Assembly: GCA_965644265.1 (NCBI GenBank)
Contig: OZ286468.1
Span: 50,592,001 to 50,656,000 of the forward strand
Length of the DNA: 64,000 bases
Origin: Glycera tridactyla
Taxonomy: Eukaryota
Direction of reading: 5' to 3'
How positions within the stretch are numbered: position 1 is the first letter of the stretch; the number at the start of each line of letters is the position of its first letter. A program made the position numbers and the translations under genes. Positions 47,730-58,399 of the stretch are shown here, piece by piece. The notes under the pieces are model-generated. The model had not been told where the DNA came from. It worked only from the letters and a program-made list of their open reading frames with translations, and made no database searches.

Positions 47730-48881
47730 ATAGATCTACGACGGCCATTTTTGTAGAATTCTCTGAAGATAGACTTTTAGTCAAGGTATAAAGAGGAATA
47801 TTTCTGTCAAAAATGGGCCGATTACTTTGAAACAAATATTAAAATTTGACATTTCGAAAGGGGAATCAGAAGAAATGAAGTAATAAGTATATTCTCTCTA
47901 AGGATCACCGAAAATACTTAGAATCGAGAATTTCCGGTGGATTGTCAAAACCCCAAATAGACGAAGGCTGAGTCTTATAAGGGTTGGAGAGGAAAGCAAC
48001 GGAGGCATACTTCCTGGGTATCAACCTCTGTAGTTTGCACAAGGGAGGAACCACCATGCTGGGGGGGATCCAGATTCCTTTCAGGTTGGTGGGGACCTTT
48101 CTTCACTACGGTACGGTTTGATGCTGACTCAGAGAGTGCTGGTGTCACAGCCTTGGAGACTCCTGGCTACCTGGTTGAACGTAGTTCGATTGGGTGGTGC
48201 ACAGGCTGACTCCTGGGTGTCTTTTTTGTAAAAAGGACAGTGCTTACCAGCGACTCCTGAAATTCAGTCCTTCGTCCACAGATCCCTGCTTTCCTCTTGC
48301 TTCCTTTCCCCCTCCTTCCTCTCCCCGGCCGATTTTTATCGGCCAAATAATCAATGAAAAATGCTCTAAGAGAGGGAGACCCATCGAGTCTCCCTCATAA
48401 GGCACTATCGGCAGCGGCAGAGCTGAATGGTATCAGTTCCGAATTCGCACACGGGGTGGCGTTGCGATTGGAGTCGATCTCGCCAAGTGACCTAGTTCTT
48501 CTGTACCAAACCGACTGGCATAATGGCTTTGCAATGTATAACTTCTTAAATCCGCAAGCCGGTCAGACGATTCCTGTATGAAAACTCGATAATAGTTGTG
48601 GTTGATGATTTTTGTATGTTGTTTGGATTGTTTGAGACCTTCAATCGCCAAAAATGGTGCAAGAAGTTGGGGGACCGGTAGTGCATGTCCCCGGCAATGG
48701 GTTTATAACCTATGCCTATGAAGGTTGAAGAGGGTTCCGGACTGGTCATACTTGTTTTACCAGTATCACTCTGTTTCATGAGAGTTGGATGGATGTTCAC
48801 CGTGGAAGTGTCGGTGAATGTCTCGTTCAGATTTACGAGAAACAGAGTGATACTCAACCCCTGGTTGGTTTTTACCAACCA
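47615..48881. other. Three homologous tetraloop hairpins
   Basis: TGGCCGGT-TTTT-ACCGGCCA (47615-47634), GGCCGAT-TTTT-ATCGGCC (48327-48344), TGGTTGGT-TTTT-ACCAACCA (48862-48881). Confidence 0.75.
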
Positions 48882-49563
48882 AAATGGCCAAAATAAATGC
48901 CTGGTAAATGTGGAGGAGACTTTCACCGACACTTCCACGCCAAGGCATCTAATGGTCTTAAGGGGGACAAAGAACCAAAAATGGAACTGTGTTATATCAT
49001 GTATGTAATAAGTTGTGCGAGCTTTGTTGGTTATTTTCGATGCGAAATGTCAAAAGGTTACGTTCGGCCTTGTCTGGATGAAGACCTGATTCGCCAGGCA
49101 AGAGCGGGATGAAAGCCAGAGACATATCTAGTTGGTATTAGAATTGTACAATACGAGATGTGTGAAGAAATAAGTAGATGCCGGTCTCCACTATGGAGGC
49201 GCGGACGTGTACGAAAGCATTCTCGAACTCATGCTGCGACTGACAGAGACGGCCGCTAGTAACAACCGGTCGAGCTATTTAGCGCAAGTAGCGCGAGAAA
49301 TGAGGGAAGCCAGTGGAAGCCGTTGGGCGCGAAATTCGAAAGTCGGATTGGGAGACAATAACTCCTCGTGGTGACCCTGCTTCACTAGCCATTTGGTTCG
49401 GTCAGGGGCGCTCAGTAAGTCTGCGACTAGTCAGAAATAACATCATTTTTCGAGGACCTCTCTATACGATTGGATCCACTTTTAATGACTGGTTGTAGAT
49501 GGCTGGACGTCTTTGGCTGGATTGGCTGGATGGGACCTGGAAGCTACGAGGACGTTAGCTTCT

Positions 49564-49575
49564 AAAGAAGAGATG
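49564..49575 (+). promoter_or_regulatory. Polypurine tract
   Basis: AAAGAAGAGATG lies immediately upstream of the 3' LTR. Confidence 0.75.
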
Positions 49576-50376
49576 TATATCTCAAATCGATTATATTAAC
49601 TATAACTGAACTCGTGAAAGTCACATCTGTGTCGCACGAGTAAGCCATTTTATGACCCCATAAATTAGGGCGCTTGACGCCTCGGGCTATAAAAATGGAA
49701 TGAAGGACAGATAATCTGATCCAGGGGATAAGAAGCCCCGTCTCCTGTATTAGCCATGAGCCATTAACTTTTACTGCCCCTCGCTCTTGGGATTACTCAC
49801 GGCCATTACTCTGAGTAATGGGACCCAAGAAGCGAGCCACTTGGATTGACCCTCGCCTTAAGGCAAAGATATCTTAATGGAAAATTCTCATGAAAGACAT
49901 GAATGTCAGATAGCACTGAGTTATGAGGGGTGAGCTAGTGCGAACCCCGCTTTTCTAGATCCATGTGCATCATAAAAATACCATAAAATAACCATAAAGT
50001 GCATGAGCGTGTAATCCCATGGTAATGACTTGTGAGCCTGAAACATATAAATACGTGGGAGAAGGAAGCACCGTCAGACCATTCCTTGAGCTGGGTCCAC
50101 GCTGGTCGAGTGTGCACTTCATGGGCTGACGGACTTCTTTCCCCACAGTATTACATCGTAGTATTTATACTATGTCTGCCTGATGTATACTGGGGAATAA
50201 ATGTTAAACTGGAACTCCACGTCGTTGACTTATTTGTGGCAACCCCTGCTACTGGTCACAACGAGAGAAGGGATCCCACCATCTCACACTGACATTGTAA
50301 AGCCAAGCGACATCACGCAGAAGGAACGACATCTTCAAGCGACATCCCTCCTATAGTCGAATGAATCTTTGATATA
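49576..50376 (+). repeat. 3' LTR
   Basis: Direct repeat of the 5' LTR (offset 16454). AATAAA at 50196-50201. Confidence 0.95.
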
Positions 50377-50429
50377 TTGTACATATGTTTTTCCTGTCAC
50401 ACAAATGAAGTTACAGTCTCAAAGTTTCA

Positions 50430-50770
50430 CTACTAATACTACTACAAGTACAGAGGTACAACAGAGGATTTCACTGTTGTTGTTATTACAAATGCATATT
50501 ACAACATTCATTCACAGTATATTTTGTCTTTGGACTATGATGAAAGATGCCTTCATTACTACCACGACTACCACTACTACTACAACTACTACTACCACTA
50601 CCATCACTATACCATCACCACCACTACTACTGCTACTACTACAACTACTATGACCACTACTACCACCACTACTACTACTACTACTACTACCACTACTACC
50701 ACCACTACTACTACTACCACAACTACTATTACCATTACAACTACATCCTCTACTACCATCATCAATAAAC
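50430..50770. repeat. Compound (ACT/ACC)n microsatellite
   Basis: Direct reading. Confidence 0.9.
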
Positions 50771-51057
50771 ACCATTTCTACTACCCTCTACTCGCTGCAG
50801 ATTCAAGATGGTGGATGGTGTAATTTATGGAGGAATGGCTGTACTGATAGTGATAATCCGCGGAAAGATGTCACATAAAACGATCAGTAAAGCAGACAGG
50901 GTGAGACCATACTAAAGTAGATCCACATCACAGCAGTTCCTATTTACGGAAGTCTCTTGTGATCTGTTCATGGTACATTTCCGTGTGTCGGACAGCTTGT
51001 GGGAGTTCTGTTATTCTAATGGACCGACCATTTCCTACAATCAAAATTATTCATATG

Positions 51058-51392
51058 AAGTCGAATCTGTCTACAATGATCACCAATGCTCCCATAGGAT
51101 TGTTGTTCATGTAGACAGGTGGCCATTGTGATTAGGTTGTTAACTGTCGGAAGCACAATTTCAGTCATAGCATTGGCTGGAAATCATAGGCAGGTAGCAT
51201 CTGTAGGCAGGTGATCGTTGTAAATGAGTTGTCCACCATAGAAAACACCATTACAGTCATTGCCGTTGTAGGCAGGTGGTTTTTGTGAAAAGGTTGTTTA
51301 CCATGGTAAATGTTCTCACAGTCCAGGCTCATGGTGACCATTGCGGGCAGATGGCTTTATAGAGGTGGTGCTCTCCTGAGCAGATTCAGCTG
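51058..51392. mobile_element. Degenerate Tc1/mariner-type MITE, related to 1039-1216
   Basis: Starts AAGTCGAATCTGTCTACAA and ends CAGATTCAGCTG|TA, with internal AGGCAGGTG subrepeats. Confidence 0.45.
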
Positions 51393-51717
51393 TATTGGTT
51401 TCACACAATCGTACCGAGATGAACTGTGATTTGCAATGTAATAACTGTTGTATTCATTCATCTCCTGTCTGAGCGGAAGTGCTCATAAGCCAGAACCGAT
51501 TGCTTCCGCTGAATACGTCGAATATGTAGGCCCGGTGATGAAGTATATGCCCATGCTTGTCATTCCAGGCCCTGCTATACTAAATCTATCCCCAAGTACA
51601 GGAAGACGAGATAGCAAGAACTTCCTCTCCCATACTTTTATACCGGATGCTCCTTACTCATTGAGTTATAAGGAGCTATCATTCCATACAAGACAAATGA
51701 CAATATGCTTGAAGTCT

Positions 51718-51730
51718 TCATCATCATCAT

Positions 51731-51796
<66 letters not shown>
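51718..51796. repeat. (TCA)n microsatellite
   Basis: Direct reading. Confidence 0.95.
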
Positions 51797-52097
51797 TGAA
51801 TGGGCACTTGCTTGCTTGCATTCTTGTTACGCCTTCGTCCACATCCTTGACGGAAGGTGATGATCTCTTAAATTCACAGATAAAAGTCAACTGTTCACTG
51901 TCGACTGGTCCATGATAATCACACCCGATCATTTTCTATCTCTATACCACATTCCCCACAAATACTCGCTATGGTTCCACTTCTTTGCAACATGCATGCT
52001 CCTCACATCTTTCAGAATGCTCACCCGAACAATGTCACCTATCTGATCTCTCTTTTCAGACCATACCTTGAGGCCCTAGAGCAGTAACAAGAACAAA

Positions 52098-52446
52098 TCA
52101 TACAGCATCAAAAACAAAACTGGAGAAAGTTTCTAGTCAATACCCAAAGTCAGGCAGCAACAACAAAACATTTGGAATATTTTAGGTCATACAGCAGCAA
52201 CAACAAAACATGGGGAATATTTCTAGTCAACACCCAAGGTCATACAGCAGCAAAATTAAAACATTGAGTATATTTCCATTCAACACCCAAGGTCATACTG
52301 CAGCAAAATCAAAACATTGAGTATATTTCCAGTCAACACCCAAGGTCATACTGCAGCAAAATTAAAACATTGAGTATATTTCTAGTCAACACCCAAGGTC
52401 ATACAATAGCAACAACAAAACATTATGAATATTTCTATTCAACATC
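52098..52446. repeat. Tandem array, ~53-bp unit, about 6 copies
   Basis: The unit is approximately TTTCTAGTCAACACCCAAGGTCATACAGCAGCAAAATTAAAACATTGAGTATA. Confidence 0.9.
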
Positions 52447-54849
52447 CATCGCCATCGTCATCACTCTGTTCTTCATTTTCTTTGGTTTCTTCCTCCACCA
52501 TCACTAACACCAGCATCATCCACATCATTGGTAAAGGTCAAGATGATTAGTGTTGTTTTATCATCTTTGCTTCCATTACCCGTGACTCTATATACCCCAT
52601 TTCCTACTCTATACTGACTACTAGGCCATAGCATCTCCTATGCAAGGGAGATCATGGGCAATTTATCTAAAGCCATTTCATCTCTACATTAGATGGCGTG
52701 GCTAGGAAGAGAGGATCATCACAAAAGACGGAATTGCCTCTGCCAAAGGTCAAGGACATTGTGTGCTCCAATGAATTGCCAATGAACTTAACTCAACTTA
52801 TGTATCAAAATATACACTCCTGCAGACCATCGTGATCTTCATTCCTCCCTTCCAGACTGCTCTCCCAGCTTTTTCATCTGTCTGACCTTCATGTATATTC
52901 CGTACATTGAGATTCTCAAGCAGCAACGACGTACAGGGCAACTGTGAATAAGTATAATGAAGAAAAAGCCTGTTTCGATTATTGGTGTGATTGAATGTGT
53001 GGGTGAATTTCTGTACATCCTGGAACCCCTTGTATGCACAGCCTGGGTGGCTTTATTGCCAAGTATGATTCAACAATGCCTCCACCGTGAGACAGTAGTC
53101 CCAAACCATTATTACTTCGTGGAGAGGCCAGTGCATTAGTGAGTGAAGTAGGAGTCATGATGGGCAAGCCTGTGATGAGTGTTTGCTCATTACATGGCCA
53201 ATATACCTGCAGCCAGCAACTGCTGATCTACAGCCCAGATCTACAGCTCCCATTCAGTGAGTCTACTGGTTAGAGTGACTCCTAGTGGTATCTCATGAAT
53301 ACAACAGGCCAAATCGTGAAATTTCACAAGCCATGACGATGATCTCGCAGTGAATCAGATGATCAGATAATTTATCCTGCACTGGCCATGCAATAATGTT
53401 TGTACTTTATCATGCACACATGGTGATGATAATGATCTATCAAGTTGGATATTTCGTATCGATTGCAGGAAGGCACTTGGAATTATATTCCATATTGACC
53501 CAGATTCCCATGGTAGTGATATTGTCGGAAAGTGGGAGTCAACTCACCGCAAGTACCACCTTGTGCCAATACATTGAAATACACTTGTGGAAACATCCGA
53601 GACTAAATGCTGTTATTTTCTATACCAAAGCCTACAAAGCCTACGATACTGCAAATGCTATTCAGACAATCGGCATCTGGATTTGATCTTTGCTCTGATA
53701 TTCTTTGTCTGGTGATATTTGTATCAAAATTCGTGGAGTCTTGTAGATTTGTGTAATGTCCAGATGGCGACACCTTCACTGCTCATATAATCTAGTTTTT
53801 GGCAGGAACACGTCCCACTCTCGTGTGTCCACTTGTCGGTATTACTCATACCATCACTTAGCTAAGCTGTGTTCTAATGAACAGTTTTTCTCCAAATGAT
53901 ACGCCTAGGAAAATAAGCTTTTGCCTTCCCAGTCTAACTTGTCGAGACTTGGAATCTCTGATTAGGCTACAGGGTATTTCATTTTCGGCAGGAGATCTAA
54001 AAGGCATACTGGCCAATTGAGAGTAGTGCTCAGTGGCACACGTCTTGTGTATGTCTGAAAAAATTGACAATACCATCTGTTGAAATTTGAGTGTCCATTA
54101 TTTCCGATATGAGGGAGAGATCCTGCAAAGAAGAGTTTTTTGCAGAATGGGAGTGTTGTATGATTCTTGAAAGAAGAAGATGTCCATCTCCAGCATAGGT
54201 ATACTAACGATGTGAAATTGCGAAACGCACTCGCTAGCTTCGAGTCTAACGGACTGGAGGTGTGCAACAGTGTGCCAATTCTTGAAAGGCCCAACCCGAA
54301 TGCGATCGGTGAGGCGCTTACAAGCTGAACTCTCTGATCATATGTGCGCACGTACGCACGTGCGGGGGACACTCACTCTCACACACGCGCACGCTACTAT
54401 TGTGGCCACCGCGTGCTCCAACCAAGCGCAGTTCGCTTTTTAGACTCCATACTGCATCGCGACTTTCCCAAAGGCTGGCAACGTCCACCGGAGTGATCAA
54501 ACTCATATGTCCCACACACCCTCCGTCTTGAAAGGACGTATTTGTGAATCGTCACGCATTCGCGGCTTGTAGCTTGCATGCGTCACACAGTGTGGGTGTG
54601 GCGGTGCGGGTGTGTCTGTCTAGGTGTGGTGTGGTGTCATGGAATCGACACGCTTGCCCAGCGCCTGGAGTACGTATATGGTTATCATAAGTGTGTGTCT
54701 ATTGGAGTACGCTTTAACACAGTTGGTAACTGCGGAAAACGCCGCCTATTACAGCAAGTAAGTCATTATTCTGGTGAATATGTACCAAAGAAATGTCCCT
54801 ATCCCTCTTCTAAACATCTTCGACGAAAAAGTATTTCGAACATGGTTCT

Positions 54850-56400
54850 GCGAGTCATTCATTTGATGAATGTCCACAATGAAGACAGAGTGTTTTCAAC
54901 CAGTGTTTGTCAGTCACCATTTGATAAATCTCCACAATGAAGATCAAATGATGACTGACACTTTTCAACCAGTGTTTGTCAGTCACCATTTGATAAATCT
55001 CCACAATGAAGACAGAGTGTTTTCAACCAGCGTTTGTCAGTCATCATTGATAAATCACAATGAAGATCAAATGATGACTGACAGTTTTCAACCAGTGTTT
55101 GTCAGTCACCATTTGATAAATCTCCACAATGAAGACAGAGTGTTTTCAACCAGTGTTTGTCAGTCATCATTTAATAAATCTCCACGATGAAGACAGAGTG
55201 TTTTCAACGAGTGTTTGTCAGTCACCATTTGATAAATCTCCACAATGAAGACAGAGTGTTCTTAACCAGTGTTTGTCAGTCACCATTTGATAAATCTCCA
55301 CAATGAAGACAGAGTTTTTTTCAACCAGTGTTTGTCAGTCATCATTGATAAATCACAATGAAGATCAAAAAATGACTGACAGTTTTCAACCAGTGTTTGT
55401 TAGTCATCATTTGATAAATCTCTACAATGAAGACAGAGTGTTTTCGACCAGTGTTTGTCAGTCACTATTTTGATAAATCTCCACAATGACGACAGAGTGT
55501 TTTCGACCAGTGTTTGTCAGTTACTATTTTGATAAATCTCCACAATGAAGACCAAGTGTTTTCAACCAGTGTTTGTCAGTCACTATTTTGATAAATCTCC
55601 ACAATGAAGACAGAGTGTTTCCAACCAGTGTTTGTCAGTCATCATTTGATAAATCTCCACAATAAAGACAGAGTGTTTTCAACCAGTATTTGTCAGTCAT
55701 CATTTGATAAATCTCCACAATGAAGACAGAGTGTTTTCAACCAGTGTTTGTCAGTCATCATTTGATATATCTCCACAATATAGATCAAATGATGACTGAC
55801 GGTTTTCAATCAGTGTAGCCTGCCTTGGTGCCTCAGTGGTAGTATGCTGGGCCGGCGTGCAATGGGTCTGGGGTTCAATCCCCGATCCTACCATGAAGGA
55901 ACGTTTCACCCTTCATCTTCGCTCCTCCTTGGCAGGTGGTCTGATTCAGCCTACTCAAGTGCAGAAAATGGACCTGAAACCTCAACATTTCCATTACAAC
56001 CTGTGTTTGTCAGTCATCCATTTGATAAATCTCCACAATGAAGAGAGACTTTCAACATGTATTGTGAGTCACTCATCTGATATATTACCTAAATGAAGAG
56101 CGACATTTTTGAACCAGGATCTGTGAGTCATTCATTCGATGAACCTCCCTGATGAAGAGATGCTTTATTTAACCAGTATTTGTCAGTCATTTATTCGATG
56201 AAGAAAGAATATTTCCTCCACTTTATGTGGGTCAATCATTTGATAAATCTACAAAATGAAGATTTTTTCAACTAATGTTTGTGAGTCATTTATTTGATGA
56301 ATTTCCGCAATGAAGAGAGAGTTTTCAACCACTTTGTGTGAGTCACTCATTTTATATAATTGCACGATGAATACACACGAATTCAACGAGATGATTGTGT
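54850..56400. repeat. Tandem array, 58-bp unit (about 16 copies before the SINE and about 7 decayed copies after)
   Basis: Unit GATAAATCTCCACAATGAAGACAGAGTGTTTTCAACCAGTGTTTGTCAGTCACCATTT, contiguous with no unique spacers. Confidence 0.95.
55818..55994 (+). mobile_element. tRNA-derived SINE inserted in the 58-bp array
   Basis: A and B boxes are present. Same family as 22648-22824. Flanked by CAATCAGTGT and CAACCTGTGT, a possible TSD of the array sequence CAACCAGTGT. Confidence 0.8.
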
Positions 56401-56490
56401 CATTGGCTGGGTTTTATGCATGCAGCTGCAATGATTATACATTTCTTATATGGGAGAATCTTTGAGGATATTGTACTTTGAATATAGTTA

Positions 56491-56575
56491 CAGTCAAACC
56501 TGTCTATTGAGGCCACCGTCGTTCAAAATTGGCCATATAGACAGGTAGTCCTTTTAGAGAGGTCATCCACTGTTG
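56491..56575. mobile_element. Fragment of Tc1/mariner-type MITE
   Basis: TA|CAGTCAAACCTGTCTAT resembles the left end of 1039-1216. Confidence 0.4.
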
Positions 56576-57197
56576 AAAATACTACTCATTATAATAATTA
56601 TCTATGTGCGCGTGTTTTTGTGCAACCGCTATGATCAAAGTCGTGTAAGGGGTCATCGTGAAGAGATGAAATATGAACTAATGAACTTTGACATGCGAAA
56701 TACTAGCTAAAATCTGGATCAAAGAAAGTTCTAACACACTGATGCCATTGTCTATCTAAAAATACCTATATGGCACAGATAATGATCATATCATATAGTC
56801 GGATGGCTGTCTGAGGGGGTACGCTAGAACTTCAGTTAGGCGAGCATTCCTACTTTTCTGGACTATTGATATAATCGTCACAAAGATTCCCATCTACTCA
56901 GTTATATGGATCATGGAAATATATATGTACTTCTGGCCATGATAAAACTGGCCATATTTTCCCACACGCGGTGCAGTAGGTTGCATGGAACCAGGAAGAG
57001 TGCCTTGCACCGACAAGCATGAATATGATTGAAATTCAGGGCTCGAACTCAGTTGACTGCCGTGGCTAGTTCATATATTTTATCAGTTCAAAGACTAGCA
57101 CTGATGAGCGTTTTGTTGCGCGTTTGTTGTAAAATAAGACACCAAAGGCGTGCATCTCATGGACTGTTGAAGAAGTTCTTCTGGCCAGTTTGATGAT

Positions 57198-57357
57198 CGG
57201 AGAATGATATTTCTGACATGGCCAATTTTTTACTCACGTTTGTTGACAGTTTCTAGCGCCATCTAGCGGCAAAGCTCCTAGAGAGATAGCTGTCAGCTGT
57301 CGAAACTGTCAACAAACGTGAGTAAACAATTGGCCATGTCAGAAGAAATGTTCTCCG
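57198..57357. mobile_element. Hairpin MITE with ~56-bp arms and a CTCF-like motif in the loop
   Basis: Arms 57198-57253 and 57302-57357 are nearly perfectly complementary. The loop contains GCGCCATCTAGCGG (minus strand CCGCTAGATGGCGC). Confidence 0.7.
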
Positions 57358-57689
57358 CGCATCTCATATACTCGACGTATCTAATGTTCCGGTAACGAAT
57401 TCAGAGACTTCAAAACTCAAGAAGATTGTAAATTTCTTCTATCCTCGAAAGGAGATGCACTGGTCAATACCTCTTTATCCTGCCTACCAGGTTTGACTAA
57501 TAGAATGTGGTGTGAATAGAAACATAATAACAATCAGTCGATTGGTTTCTCCTCTTCTCTTCCCATAAGCTATATCAAGATATAGATGAGTATGCTATAT
57601 AGTTGAGAGTGTGGAAAGATAGAGTTGCACTCTGCTGCTGTTACACAACTTGGGGATCTAAGAGGGGGGATCAACGGGTGAATGAATCA

Positions 57690-58070
57690 ATGATTGAATG
57701 AGTGGATTGATAAATGGATTAATAAATGGATAGATAACTGAATGACTGGATGAGTTAATGAACAGATAAATGAATAAATAAACAAATGGATAAAGGAAAT
57801 GATGGATGAATGAATAAGAAATGAATGATTAATGAATGGATAGATGAAAAAAATGAATGAATGAATAGACAAATGAAAAACAAGACGAATGAATAAATTG
57901 ATGGACGATAATCAAATAAATGAATAAATAGATAAATAGATGAATGTATGGATAAATGAATAATCAAATAAGTGAATGAATTAATAGACGAATGGATAAA
58001 TAGATGAACAGATGAGAAATTTTTTAAATGAATAGATAAATGAAGAAAATAATGAATAGATAAATGGAAT
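57690..58070. repeat. Degenerate (ATGA/ATAA/ATGG)n low-complexity tract
   Basis: Direct reading. Confidence 0.85.
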
Positions 58071-58399
58071 GAGCGTGCTCGACTCTGGTCAGCTGGTGAG
58101 GCAGTTGTTATTGACCCAACGTATGACGTAAACGCGGACTACACATTGATGACCCTTCACATGGTGATGTCAAAGCCTGGTGAATGGAGGTCGATGCATT
58201 GAGGATGACCTCATTGTCGAATGCCACGTCAAGTATCTTCCCCCACGTGCTCATATTATCATATTATGTCAGAATCGTCGACGTTTGCATTCGTAATGCA
58301 AATGTGCTCAGAATGTCGCCAGGTTGTATGAGTAGTATACTGGTCGGCTTTCAATTGTATTCTGGAGCACGAGCTGTTATCAGAGTCACTATCGTCATC

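Larger units (their letters stand above)
33122..50376 (+). mobile_element. Full-length env-bearing Ty3/gypsy LTR retroelement (errantivirus-like organisation), ~17.3 kb
   Basis: Paired ~800-bp LTRs, PBS, PPT, gag with CCHC knuckles, pol in PR-RT-RH-IN order, and an env-like ORF. Confidence 0.97.

Noticed and set aside
48428-48436. Internal tRNA-iMet PBS (TGGTATCAG) of a nested element
   Set aside because: It is only 9 nt, with no adjacent LTR or coding remnants.
47615-48881. Histone 3' stem-loops
   Set aside because: They share a U-rich tetraloop and U-A closing pair, but the stems are 7-8 bp and contain purines where the 6-bp GGYYYU/ARRRCC consensus needs pyrimidines. No histone ORF is present.
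50369-50823. Poly-Thr/His/Tyr ORFs, and similar poly-residue ORFs at 3051-3314, 12541-13355, 17163-17669, 51448-51932, 57687-59266 and 61135-61531
   Set aside because: They are translations of microsatellites and low-complexity tracts.
54850-56400. CRISPR array
   Set aside because: Units are contiguous 58-mers with no unique spacers, there are no cas genes, and the context is eukaryotic.
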